Source of the DNA: Elusimicrobiota bacterium
Lineage (GTDB): Bacteria; Elusimicrobiota; Elusimicrobia; UBA1565; UBA9628
DNA length: 64,000 nt
Assembly (NCBI GenBank): GCA_031423795.1
Contig: JANPGH010000122.1
Location: forward strand, 5,603 to 69,602
Direction of reading: 5' to 3'
Part shown: positions 28,050-36,909 of the stretch, one piece after another
How positions within the stretch are numbered: the stretch's first letter is position 1
Layout: each line of letters starts with the position of its first letter
The notes under the pieces: generated by a model
Database searches by the model: none
What the model saw: the letters and a program-made list of their open reading frames with translations, nothing else
Told to the model about the DNA's origin: nothing
Program-made: the position numbers and the translations under genes

Positions 28050-28343
28050 TTGGAGATCACCGAGATCCGCATCCACTTACGCAACGAAGACAAGCTCAAG
28101 GCCTTCGCGACGGTGACGTTCGACCAATGTTTTGTCGTTCGCAACATGAAATTGATTGAAGGCGAAAAAGGTTTGATCCTCTGCATGCCATCTCGCAAAA
28201 TGTCCGACGGCTCCTTCAAGGATGTCGCGCATCCCATTTCCGCTGAGTTCCGGTCGTCTCTGGAGAAAAAGGTCTTCGAGCGCTACGAGTTAGAGCGCCA
28301 AAAGACCGCGGCCGGATCCGGCGCCGGCTCCCGGGTGGTGTAA
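28050..28343 (+). CDS. spoVG: Septation protein SpoVG
   Basis: MEITEIRIHLRNEDKLKAFATVTFDQCFVVRNMKLIEGEKGLILCMPSRK. TTG start. The last 15 nt, including the stop codon, lie inside tRNA-Gln. Confidence 0.88.
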   Translation: MEITEIRIHLRNEDKLKAFATVTFDQCFVVRNMKLIEGEKGLILCMPSRKMSDGSFKDVAHPISAEFRSSLEKKVFERYELERQKTAAGSGAGSRVV

Positions 28344-28399
28344 CGGTAACACAGCGGACTTTGAATCCGTTATTCCTGGTTCGAGTCCAGGCCTGGGAA
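28329..28399 (+). tRNA. tRNA-Gln (anticodon UUG), no encoded CCA
   Basis: Folded by hand. Acceptor stem TCCCGGG/CCTGGGA, with a U1:A72 pair. D stem GTGT/ACAC. Anticodon stem GCGGA/TCCGT with loop CT-TTG-AA. T stem CCTGG/CCAGG with loop TTCGAGT. Total length 71 nt. Confidence 0.9.
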
Positions 28400-28419
28400 A
28401 GATTCGAGTAGAGACAAAC

Positions 28420-29808
28420 ATGAGCCAACTGAAAAAAGGACAAGGGCAATTGGCCGCGCTAATCCTGGCCGCGGGTCAGGGGACGCGCATGGAGTCGTCT
28501 ATCCCCAAGGTCCTGCATCATGTCGGCGGCCGTCCGATGCTTTTCTACATTTTACGCATCGCCAACGCGCTGAAACCGGGAGCCATCGGCGTGGTCGTCG
28601 GTCACGAGGCCGACGAGGTGAAGAAGCAGACGATCCAAATGGCCAAGTCCGTGGGTTTTAGCCGGCCGATCCAGTTCATCGTCCAAAAGAAGCCTCTAGG
28701 GTCAGGCAACGCCGTTCTCGAGTCGCTTCCGTTTCTTAAAAAGTTCAAATCCGCGATTGTAATGTGCGGAGACACCCCCCTGCTGACATACGAGTCCATC
28801 TATAACCTCACCTTAACCCATGATCAGTTGAAAGGACAGGCGACTTTGCTGACCGCGCGCGTCGCCAATCCGAAGGGTTATGGGCGCATCATCCGCGGCG
28901 CTCTCGGCGAGGTCCAACGTATCGTCGAGGAGTCCGTCGCAAATTCCAAGGAGCTCGCAATCAGCGAGGTCAACTCGGGTGCCTATATGTTCGAGCTCGA
29001 GGCATTGATGCAGGGCTTGAAGGAAATCGGCGCGAAGGGACCGAAAAAAGAGCAGTTCCTCACCGACGTGATGGAGGTCATCCGGGCGAAGGGCGGGCGC
29101 ATCCACGCCTACGCGACCTCCAACCCCGAGGAAATCCAAGGGGTCAACAACCGTTTCCAGCTTTCTATCGCCGAGCGCGTCTTAAACAAGCGCATGCTCG
29201 AGCGCCTGATGCTCTCCGGGGTGACAATCCGCGACCCCCAGTCGACCCACGTCGATGCCGACGTCGAGATCGGCCAGGATACCGTTATTTATCCGGGCAC
29301 GATCTTGCGCGGCAGGACCAAGATCGGCGCGATGTGCCGGATCGGGCCGTTCACGCACGTCGAGGACACCATCATCGGCAACGAATGCGAGATCCGGTTC
29401 TCCTATGTGCTGAGCTCGAGATTGCTTGAAAAAACCTCGGTGGGCCCGTTCGCCCACATTCGTCCGGATTCCACTATCGGTCCGCGCGCGCGGATCGGCA
29501 ATTTCACCGAGGTCAAGTCGTCACGCATTGGCTTTGGCTCGAAGGTTAATCATCTCTCCTACATCGGCGACGCCGACATCGCCGAGGACGTCAACATCGG
29601 CGCGGGCACGATCACCTGTAATTACGATGGCAAGGAAAAGCATCGGACCGTGATTCGCGCGAAGGCTTTCGTGGGGTCCAACGTTAATTTGATCGCGCCG
29701 GTTAAGATCGGGCGAGGCGCCAAAATCGCGGCGGGATCGACGGTGACGGAGGACGTACCGGACGGTTCGCTGGCGATCGCGCGCGCGCGGCAAGTGAACA
29801 AGCTCTAA
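28420..29808 (+). CDS. glmU: Bifunctional UDP-N-acetylglucosamine pyrophosphorylase / GlcN-1-P N-acetyltransferase
   Basis: 462 aa. LILAAGQGTRM, followed by C-terminal left-handed beta-helix hexapeptide repeats. Confidence 0.95.
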   Translation: MSQLKKGQGQLAALILAAGQGTRMESSIPKVLHHVGGRPMLFYILRIANALKPGAIGVVVGHEADEVKKQTIQMAKSVGFSRPIQFIVQKKPLGSGNAVLESLPFLKKFKSAIVMCGDTPLLTYESIYNLTLTHDQLKGQATLLTARVANPKGYGRIIRGALGEVQRIVEESVANSKELAISEVNSGAYMFELEALMQGLKEIGAKGPKKEQFLTDVMEVIRAKGGRIHAYATSNPEEIQGVNNRFQLSIAERVLNKRMLERLMLSGVTIRDPQSTHVDADVEIGQDTVIYPGTILRGRTKIGAMCRIGPFTHVEDTIIGNECEIRFSYVLSSRLLEKTSVGPFAHIRPDSTIGPRARIGNFTEVKSSRIGFGSKVNHLSYIGDADIAEDVNIGAGTITCNYDGKEKHRTVIRAKAFVGSNVNLIAPVKIGRGAKIAAGSTVTEDVPDGSLAIARARQVNKL

Positions 29809-29809
29809 T

Positions 29810-30829
29810 ATGGCCATCAAATCCCTCGCCTTGGAGACGCGGATGCCCGCCCAAAAAAACGTCTTAAAATCGCTCCCGATGGAGGGGTTGAAAAATTTGA
29901 GCGGTATCCGGATCTTCTCCGGGAACGCGAACCGCCCGCTGGCCGAAGGGATTTGTAAATATCTCGGTGTTCCGCTGGGCGCTAGCCACGTCGGCCGCTT
30001 TGCCGACGGAGAAATCAACGTTCAAATCGAGGAAAACGTCCGCGGCGCCGACTGCTACGTGATTCAGCCGACCTGCCGGCCGACGAACGAAAATTTGATG
30101 GAGCTGCTGATCATGATCGACGCGCTGCGCCGCGCGTCGGCGGGACGTATCACTGCCGTGATACCTTACTTTGGATACGCGCGCGCCGATCGCAAGACCG
30201 CGCCGCGGGTTCCGATCAGCTCGAAACTGGTTGCGAATTTGATCGTGACGGCGGGCGCCCAGCGCGTGGTCACGATGGATCTCCACGCCGCCCAGATTCA
30301 GGGATTCTTCGACATTCCCGTCGACCATCTCTATGCGGCCCCGATCGTCCTTGACTACGTCAAACGCAAGAACCTTAAGAACCTGGTCATCGTCAGCCCT
30401 GATGTTGGTGGCACGGAGCGCGCGCGTGCTTTCGCCAAGCGCCTCAACGCCCAGCTCGTGATCATCGATAAGCGCCGGCCGCGGCCGAACGAGGCGTCGG
30501 TCTACAATATCATTGGAGACGTCAAGGGGAAGATTTGCCTGATCCTCGACGACATGGTGGATACCGGTGGCACGCTGGTCAAAGTCGCCGAAAAGATCCG
30601 CGAGAACGGGGCCACCCAGGTATACGCGGCCTGTGTCCACGGAGTCCTCTCCGGAGCCGCGCACGACTTGATCGCCAAGTCGTCGCTTGAGGAAATGATC
30701 CTCACCGATTCGATCCCGGTCCACGCGTTGGCCGGGGGGAAGCTGAAGGTTTTGTCGATCGCGCCGCTTTTGGGCGAAGCGATCGCGCGCAATCATCAGG
30801 GCAAGTCCATCAGTGCGTTGTTCGTCTGA
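29810..30829 (+). CDS. prs: Ribose-phosphate pyrophosphokinase
   Basis: 339 aa. IRIFSGNANRPLAEGI, YFGYARADRK, DDMVDTGGT. The true start may be an internal Met (MEGLKNL). Confidence 0.95.
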   Translation: MAIKSLALETRMPAQKNVLKSLPMEGLKNLSGIRIFSGNANRPLAEGICKYLGVPLGASHVGRFADGEINVQIEENVRGADCYVIQPTCRPTNENLMELLIMIDALRRASAGRITAVIPYFGYARADRKTAPRVPISSKLVANLIVTAGAQRVVTMDLHAAQIQGFFDIPVDHLYAAPIVLDYVKRKNLKNLVIVSPDVGGTERARAFAKRLNAQLVIIDKRRPRPNEASVYNIIGDVKGKICLILDDMVDTGGTLVKVAEKIRENGATQVYAACVHGVLSGAAHDLIAKSSLEEMILTDSIPVHALAGGKLKVLSIAPLLGEAIARNHQGKSISALFV

Positions 30830-30854
30830 TTTATCTTAGGAGGAAGTAAGAGTT

Positions 30855-31604
30855 ATGGAAATCACGTTGAATGTCGAAGTCCGCGCAGCGAAGGGCACCA
30901 AGAAAGAGCTTTCGTCGTTGCGCGCCGGTTCCCGGATTCCCGCCGTCGTGTACGGCGGCGAGACGGGCCCGCTGAACATTTCGTTGTCGGAGCGGGAATT
31001 GATGGACGCGCGCAAGAAGGGCGGGGCGAACGCGATCATCCATTTGAAGCACGCGAAGGGCCAGGAGACCGTCATGGTCAAAGAGCTCCAGCGCCATCCG
31101 GTCACCGATCGGCCGACTCACGCCGACTTCCAGCGCATCTCGCTGACGAAGAAGATCGACGCGCGCGTTCCGATACTCGTCGTCGGCATCGCGGCCGGTG
31201 TTAAGGACTTCGGCGGCATGTTGGCCTACGACCTGCGCGAACTACGCATCAAGGCGCTGCCCACGGCAATCCCTCAGAAGATCGACGTCGATGTGAGCAA
31301 ACTCGGCCTGCACGAAGCGCTGCATGTGTCGGATCTGCAGCTTCCCGCGGGTGTCGAGGTCCTCGACGACCCGAAGCACGTCGTCGTCCACGTCACCGTC
31401 GCCAAGGAAGAGGTGGTCGAGCCCGTCGCCGCAGTGCCGGGTGCCGAAGTCGCGACCGCAGTCGAGCCCGAATCGTCCAACACCAAGGGCAAGAAGGACG
31501 ACGACGGTAAACTGGTCAAGGAAACGGCAAAACCTGCCGCTCCCGCGGCTGGCGACAAGAAGGAGCCAGTTAAGAAAGAGCCGGCCAAGAAGGAAGGAAA
31601 GTAA
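30855..31604 (+). CDS. rplY: 50S ribosomal protein L25/Ctc with a long Lys/Pro/Glu/Ala-rich tail
   Basis: 249 aa. AGGAGG RBS upstream. The Ctc-type two-domain body is followed by a ~60-aa low-complexity tail. Confidence 0.9.
   Translation: MEITLNVEVRAAKGTKKELSSLRAGSRIPAVVYGGETGPLNISLSERELMDARKKGGANAIIHLKHAKGQETVMVKELQRHPVTDRPTHADFQRISLTKKIDARVPILVVGIAAGVKDFGGMLAYDLRELRIKALPTAIPQKIDVDVSKLGLHEALHVSDLQLPAGVEVLDDPKHVVVHVTVAKEEVVEPVAAVPGAEVATAVEPESSNTKGKKDDDGKLVKETAKPAAPAAGDKKEPVKKEPAKKEGK
31557..31601 (+). repeat. Three tandem 15-nt units encoding KKEPV-KKEPA-KKEGK at the rplY 3' end
   Basis: aagaaggagccagtt / aagaaagagccggcc / aagaaggaaggaaag, read directly. Confidence 0.7.
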
Positions 31605-31616
31605 GGCTTTCCTATT

Positions 31617-32189
31617 GTGGCGCTGCGACTCGTCATCGGCCTGGGCAATCCCGGTCCGGATTACGAACGGACTCGCCACAATATTGGATTTCGCCTCGTC
31701 GACCGTTTGGTCGACGAGGCGGACGTCTTTTGGAAGGATTTCAAAGGACTTGGCGTTATCGCCAAATGGGGCGATATTTGGATCGGCAAGCCGATGACTT
31801 TCATGAACGAATCGGGCCAATTTGTGCGCTCCTTCTCCGCCTACCACGACATTCCTCCCGGCGAAATGCTAATCGTTTATGATGAGCTGGCGCTGCCATT
31901 GGGGAAGGTTCGCTTGCGCATGAAGGGATCCGCGGGCGGCCAAAAAGGCATGCTTTCGACGCTTCAGCATCTCGGCACCGACGAGGTGCCGCGCCTGCGC
32001 CTTGGAATTGGCCCACAGCCCGAGAGAATGGACGCTGCCGAGTTCGTATTGGGTCGCTTCAAGTCGTCCGAGGAAAAAGAGTTGGAAGCGGGCCTGAGCC
32101 GGGCCGTCGACGCGACGGCCTCAGTCCGCGATGAGGGCCTGGAGATCGCGATGAATCGTTACAATCCCAGCCCTAATGGCCCCGCATGA
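31617..32189 (+). CDS. pth: Peptidyl-tRNA hydrolase
   Basis: LVIGLGNPGPDYERTRHNIGF. GTG start. Confidence 0.92.
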   Translation: MALRLVIGLGNPGPDYERTRHNIGFRLVDRLVDEADVFWKDFKGLGVIAKWGDIWIGKPMTFMNESGQFVRSFSAYHDIPPGEMLIVYDELALPLGKVRLRMKGSAGGQKGMLSTLQHLGTDEVPRLRLGIGPQPERMDAAEFVLGRFKSSEEKELEAGLSRAVDATASVRDEGLEIAMNRYNPSPNGPA

Positions 32190-32404
32190 GCCCTTTATTT
32201 GAAATCGGAGTCGGATTTGTGAGCCTGATGCTGGGCCTGGGATATTTGTACCGTCCGGACCTGATCGAACGGATGAACGCCGTTTTGCGCGAATATCTGC
32301 TCAATGACGCCTATATCGCCCTCGAACGCAAAAAATGGGGGAGCTTCTTCCTTTTAGTTTCATTCCTATTCCTTTACGTCGGATGGACGGCGCGGCAGCG
32401 ATGA
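32186..32404 (+). CDS. Small two-TM membrane protein
   Basis: 72 aa. ATGA overlaps at both ends (with pth and with the PmbA-like gene). Two hydrophobic helices. Confidence 0.55.
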   Translation: MSPLFEIGVGFVSLMLGLGYLYRPDLIERMNAVLREYLLNDAYIALERKKWGSFFLLVSFLFLYVGWTARQR

Positions 32405-33747
32405 CTCCGGATCTCGAGGCTCTCGCCTCGCAGACCCTTTCCTGGATGTCCGGACAATCCGCCGACACCGAGGCGGAGTTGTATCTTGAGCGCTCTCACG
32501 AGCGGACTCTGACCCGGCGCGACGGCGCGCGTGACGGGGTCGAAATTGCGGACGGTATGGGCGCAGGTGTGCGCGTGTTTCGGGAAGGGAGAATCGGATT
32601 TGCGACCGCGGGCGGCTGCGACCTGGCGGCGTTGAAAGCGCTCTGGACACAGGCGGTGGGGCAATTGTCCCATACGTCTTCGGAGACGGGGCGTCGTTTG
32701 CCCGCTATGGCACCGACGGATATTGCGCCGACCTTTGTCCAGTCTTTGCACGAAGAGATTAATATTTCTCGCTCTTGGGACGAACTCGAGCGGGGCCTTT
32801 GCGAAGCCGAGGGGACCGCCCGCGCGAACGGCTTGGCGCGAGTAATTCGTTCCGACGTGACGCAGACGCGCTGTGAGTCGGTCGTGGCCAATACGCGGGG
32901 AATGTTTGCGAGTCAGCGCGGGGACTTCGTGTCGGTGTCGGTCTCAGCCGCGGTAGAAGACGGAGGCGAAACGCATGTGGGAGAGGGCTGGCGCGGAGCG
33001 CGATGGTTCAACGAGCTCGATTTTGCCGCCGCCGGAGTCGAGGCGGCTCGGCGTTCAACGGCGACCATCGGCGCGCGGAAAATCCGAGCAGGCCGTAGGT
33101 CCGTGGTCTTTGCACCGTGGGTAGGCGCGGAATTCCTGGAAACGATCGCCGAACTCTTATCCGCTGAGGAGGTCGAGAAAGGGCGCTCCCTTCTTGCCGG
33201 ACGCCGTGGGACGAAGGTCGCTTGCGCGCTGCTAACTCTCTGCGATGACCCGAGGCTCGTCGCGGGATGGGGGAGTGCTGTATTCGACGATGAGGGCGTG
33301 TCCACGCGCGCAAAAATATTGATCGAAAAGGGGGTGCTGCGGGAATTATTCGACGACTGCGCCACGGCCCAGCACGCGGGACGTTCCTCGAACGGCTGCG
33401 CTTACCGCGACGGTTTTGATTCGTTGCCCAAGCCCGGAGCCTCGAACTTATTCATCGCGCCGGGACAAGACTCTCCGGAGGCGTTAATCGCGGGGACGAC
33501 AGACGGCCTTTTAGTATATGAGGTTCTGGGCATGCACATGGTCGACCCGGTTTCCGGGGAGTTTTCTGTCGGTATTTCGGGACACGAAATTCGTCAAGGC
33601 GTTGTTGGACCTGCGTTCAAAGGCGCGATGCTCGCCGGCAATCTGCTGGAGCTTCTCGCACAGATCGACGCAGTGGCTAACGATCTCACTTTTTACGAGG
33701 GCCTTGGCGCGCCGACGTTTCGCGTCGAGGGTCTCGACGCGGCTTAG
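32401..33747 (+). CDS. TldD/PmbA-family metalloprotease (PmbA/TldE-like)
   Basis: 448 aa from the ATG at 32401. GMGAGVRVFREGRIGFATAG, and a C-terminal GxxSNGCAYRD...ASNLFIAPG pattern. Confidence 0.85.
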   Translation: MTPDLEALASQTLSWMSGQSADTEAELYLERSHERTLTRRDGARDGVEIADGMGAGVRVFREGRIGFATAGGCDLAALKALWTQAVGQLSHTSSETGRRLPAMAPTDIAPTFVQSLHEEINISRSWDELERGLCEAEGTARANGLARVIRSDVTQTRCESVVANTRGMFASQRGDFVSVSVSAAVEDGGETHVGEGWRGARWFNELDFAAAGVEAARRSTATIGARKIRAGRRSVVFAPWVGAEFLETIAELLSAEEVEKGRSLLAGRRGTKVACALLTLCDDPRLVAGWGSAVFDDEGVSTRAKILIEKGVLRELFDDCATAQHAGRSSNGCAYRDGFDSLPKPGASNLFIAPGQDSPEALIAGTTDGLLVYEVLGMHMVDPVSGEFSVGISGHEIRQGVVGPAFKGAMLAGNLLELLAQIDAVANDLTFYEGLGAPTFRVEGLDAA

Positions 33748-33763
33748 TTACTCGGACAGGCGC

Positions 33764-34162
33764 TCAACCCGACCAGTAGCCGCGAATCAACCGGTCAAGC
33801 AGGCTGTCGTCGTCGGGGGAAGGTTGGGAGCGGATGGAGTCGACAACGGCGCCCAACTTCTGGGCCTGTTCGGGCGTGAGCTCGAAAATGATCCCATAAT
33901 GCCGTAGCGGGCGATATTTCTTGCCGCGCGGAGCCACGCGCACGATATGAAAGAAGAATTGGATGGGGACCTTCGGTCCGGTGAGGTCCAGCCGGTACGT
34001 CGCGCGCGATTTAAGGTCATAGTCGCACGCGAGCAGAGCGCCTGTCACGCTTATGTTCAGCAGTCGGCCGTCGCCGAGACGAGTTCCCGAGGGGCCTGTC
34101 GAGAACAAATCGACTGGACGGTCGCACGAAATCCGGGCATGCGCTCGCGGCGAAATATCCAT
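33764..34162 (-). CDS. PilZ-domain protein (putative c-di-GMP receptor)
   Basis: 132 aa. RAHARISCDRPVDL ... DGRLLNISVTGALL pattern, corresponding to the RxxxR and D/NxSxxG elements. Confidence 0.7.
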   Translation of the reverse strand: MDISPRAHARISCDRPVDLFSTGPSGTRLGDGRLLNISVTGALLACDYDLKSRATYRLDLTGPKVPIQFFFHIVRVAPRGKKYRPLRHYGIIFELTPEQAQKLGAVVDSIRSQPSPDDDSLLDRLIRGYWSG

Positions 34163-34215
34163 GGGGAAAAGATAGCTTATCTCGGTTACGGCGTTATTAC
34201 AATTTGCGCGACCCT

Positions 34216-35010
34216 CTAACTAGAAGACGAGGTGTAGTGAGCGACGCATGACCGCCACCAGTACGTGGACGCGACCGTGGCGGAAACGCTTAACACGACC
34301 GCATAGGCCATCCACGACGGAGTGAGCAGCCCCAGGAGCGCCTTCGCCGGGAATGATGTCATGACTGCGATAGGGACCAGAAAAGTAAGCGCCGCGCGCA
34401 CTGAGCTGCTGTAAATGTCTACCGGGAATTTGCCCATGAACATTACATCGCGGAAAATCCAAATCGCATTTTCCAATTCCTGCGTCCGGACGGTGAGTCC
34501 GGCGGCCCACACGTGGATCGCGAAGATCAGGCCTACACTGTTGACGATCAGGAAGACGTAGGCCGCATAAGCCGTCCATGGGTAGGCGGGCAGGCGCGCA
34601 AATGTCATCCCAATCATGACCAGAACCGGCAGCAGAGTGATGATGTCCAAAAAATCTACGGTCGAACACACCATTCGGAATAATGGGGAGCACGGTTGGA
34701 CCAGGTAAAAATCGAAATCGCCCTCTGTCACGGTGCGGCGCGCGCCATAAACGCCACGGAAAAATATCTGTGCCAGCATGTCCACGAGGTTGTAAGTGAG
34801 GAAAAACAGCGCGGTCTCGACGAGGTTGTAGCCCGCGACAGCCTCCACGTGATTGAATATCGCGATCACGAATGCGAAGAAGAACAGGAGTCGGATCATT
34901 TTCCCGAGCAGGAAGCCAAACGAGCCCAGCCGGTAGGTCAGCTGCGCCTGCATGCCCATCGAAGCCGTACGCAGCCAGATGCGGCTGTATTTTGCGATCG
35001 TTCCCCTCAT
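34216..35010 (-). CDS. ABC-2 family transporter permease (DUF990-like)
   Basis: Start ATG at 35010 (MRGTIAKYSRIW) in an ATGA overlap with the upstream permease. Six hydrophobic helices. Confidence 0.8.
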   Translation of the reverse strand: MRGTIAKYSRIWLRTASMGMQAQLTYRLGSFGFLLGKMIRLLFFFAFVIAIFNHVEAVAGYNLVETALFFLTYNLVDMLAQIFFRGVYGARRTVTEGDFDFYLVQPCSPLFRMVCSTVDFLDIITLLPVLVMIGMTFARLPAYPWTAYAAYVFLIVNSVGLIFAIHVWAAGLTVRTQELENAIWIFRDVMFMGKFPVDIYSSSVRAALTFLVPIAVMTSFPAKALLGLLTPSWMAYAVVLSVSATVASTYWWRSCVAHYTSSSS

Positions 35011-35801
35011 CCGCCCTCTGCGGCGTAGGAGTTCACACCCACGTGCCAGACCGAGAGTGCCGCCGCGATGAATACGACCAGCCAGCACGATTCGATGGCG
35101 ATCAGCTTTGCCGCTTCAGTGGGAGACACTTTTTCCAGGAAAACACGGGCGGGGAAATAAACCATGTAAGGGAAAGGCGTGGCCGACAGCGCTCGACGCA
35201 ACGCCTCGGGCAGAACGTCGAGAGGGAAAAAAGCGCCGGCGGCGAATGAAAGGAAAAGCTCAAAGCAGAACAGTGGCCCACCCGATTCGGAGGTCCAGAA
35301 CGCCAGCGAGCTGATCATGAATTCCATGAAAAAGAAAATCAGTGAAGAAAGTCCCGCGGCCAATACGAACATAAGCCAGGTTTCCCACCGCGTCGGGATG
35401 AACAGGGCGCCCCGGATAAAGACGGCCAAGATCGCGACTTCGAGGAACGCGAACACGACATGAACTGTCTTTTGAGCGAGGTCGAGGGCCAGTGCGTAGC
35501 CGTAATAGTCGATCGGCCTCACTAGGTACGAAGAAATCCGCCCCGAGGAAATCTCCCCGACCAGCTGCCACCCTCGCCCAGTAAACACGAGTGCGCGCAG
35601 CACGTTGATTAGCAGCACGTAGGTCAGCATCTCCTGGCGCGAATAACCGAGGAACGACGACTTGTCTCCCAATAGCGCGTTCCAGAACGAAAACAGGCTC
35701 AAGACGATCGCAAATCCGCCGACGCGGTCCATCATTAGCGTTGTGCGGCGCTGCAACGTTTCTTGCAGGGAAATGGAATACGCGCGAAGGTATTTGGTCA
35801 C
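35007..35801 (-). CDS. ABC-2 family transporter permease (DUF990-like)
   Basis: 264 aa. ATGA overlap with the ATPase gene. Multi-TM. Confidence 0.8.
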   Translation of the reverse strand: MTKYLRAYSISLQETLQRRTTLMMDRVGGFAIVLSLFSFWNALLGDKSSFLGYSRQEMLTYVLLINVLRALVFTGRGWQLVGEISSGRISSYLVRPIDYYGYALALDLAQKTVHVVFAFLEVAILAVFIRGALFIPTRWETWLMFVLAAGLSSLIFFFMEFMISSLAFWTSESGGPLFCFELFLSFAAGAFFPLDVLPEALRRALSATPFPYMVYFPARVFLEKVSPTEAAKLIAIESCWLVVFIAAALSVWHVGVNSYAAEGG

Positions 35802-36775
35802 GAATGGGTGAAAAGCCGCCGGACGATGTCGTCAATGTCGACGTCTTCGATGTTGAAATCTTTTACGGGATATGTGCGCAGGATCGCCGCCGCCGCCGCT
35901 GCGACTTCCGCCCGCGGAACTTCGATTTCGGCCGTCATGTCGGCAACGTTTACCACCGTGCCGAACTGCCCGAGATCCGCGGCGGAAATCGGTTTGGAAA
36001 AGCGAACCTTGAAGATCTTATGGTCGGCGTAACGTTCGACCAATCGGTCCAGCGAGCCGTCATAGAGGAGTCGGCCGCGTTCGATGACGATCACCCGTTT
36101 ACATAGCTCGACGACGTCGGTCATGTTGTGGCTGGTGAGCATTATTGTCGCGCCGTTGCGCACGTTGTAGGCCTTGACGAATTCACGCACTTTCTTTTGC
36201 ATCACCACGTCTAGTCCGATCGTCGGTTCATCCAACAGTAACAGCTTGGGTCGATGAAGAAGTGCCGCCGCCATCTCTGCGCGCATGCGTTGGCCCAACG
36301 AAAGTTTCTTGACGGGGACTTGGAGATGATCGCCGAGCTCGAGTAAATCGACGAGTTCGGTGAGATGCATTTTGAATTCGGCCTCAGGGATGCCGTAGAT
36401 CGCCTGGTTTAACTTGAAAGTTTCGAGCGCGGGGATTTCCCACCATAATTGCGTCCGCTGCCCCATCACCAGCGAAATCTTCTTTTGAAAGGCCGCTTCG
36501 CGCTTCCAGGGGACATGGCCGAGAGCGGTCGCCTCTCCAGACGTCGGCGTCAGCAGCCCGGACAGCATCTTGAGCGTTGTCGTCTTTCCAGCGCCATTGG
36601 CCCCCAAAAATCCAACCAGCTCGCCTTCTTCGATCTTGAAGCTGACCGCGTCAACCGCGCGGGTGTCCTTGAATTGCCGGTCGAACAACGCCTTCACACC
36701 GCCCCACAGTCCGGGTTCTTTTACCGGCGACCGGTAGTCCTTGGTCAGTCCTTTTGTTTCCAGCGCGATGGTCAT
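35798..36775 (-). CDS. ABC transporter ATP-binding protein
   Basis: Walker A GANGAGKTTT, signature LSLGQRMR, Walker B LLLLDEPT. A C-terminal extra domain of about 90 aa is present. Confidence 0.93.
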   Translation of the reverse strand: MTIALETKGLTKDYRSPVKEPGLWGGVKALFDRQFKDTRAVDAVSFKIEEGELVGFLGANGAGKTTTLKMLSGLLTPTSGEATALGHVPWKREAAFQKKISLVMGQRTQLWWEIPALETFKLNQAIYGIPEAEFKMHLTELVDLLELGDHLQVPVKKLSLGQRMRAEMAAALLHRPKLLLLDEPTIGLDVVMQKKVREFVKAYNVRNGATIMLTSHNMTDVVELCKRVIVIERGRLLYDGSLDRLVERYADHKIFKVRFSKPISAADLGQFGTVVNVADMTAEIEVPRAEVAAAAAAILRTYPVKDFNIEDVDIDDIVRRLFTHS

Positions 36776-36909
36776 TGTCGAAAGCTCTTATAAATGGCGG
36801 CGGCGAAGACGGTCGCCATTCGTCGATTTCTCGCGTCTTTCGACCATTGTCTCATATACGGTGGGAAACCAACTATACTACGGAGATCATTAAATTCGCC
36901 TTGGTCTTT

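Noticed and set aside
29864-30796. 310-aa minus-strand ORF antisense to prs
   Set aside because: The plus strand encodes a full-length, motif-perfect ribose-phosphate pyrophosphokinase. The antisense product is Arg/Asp/Gly-rich low-complexity sequence, typical of shadow ORFs in GC-rich DNA.
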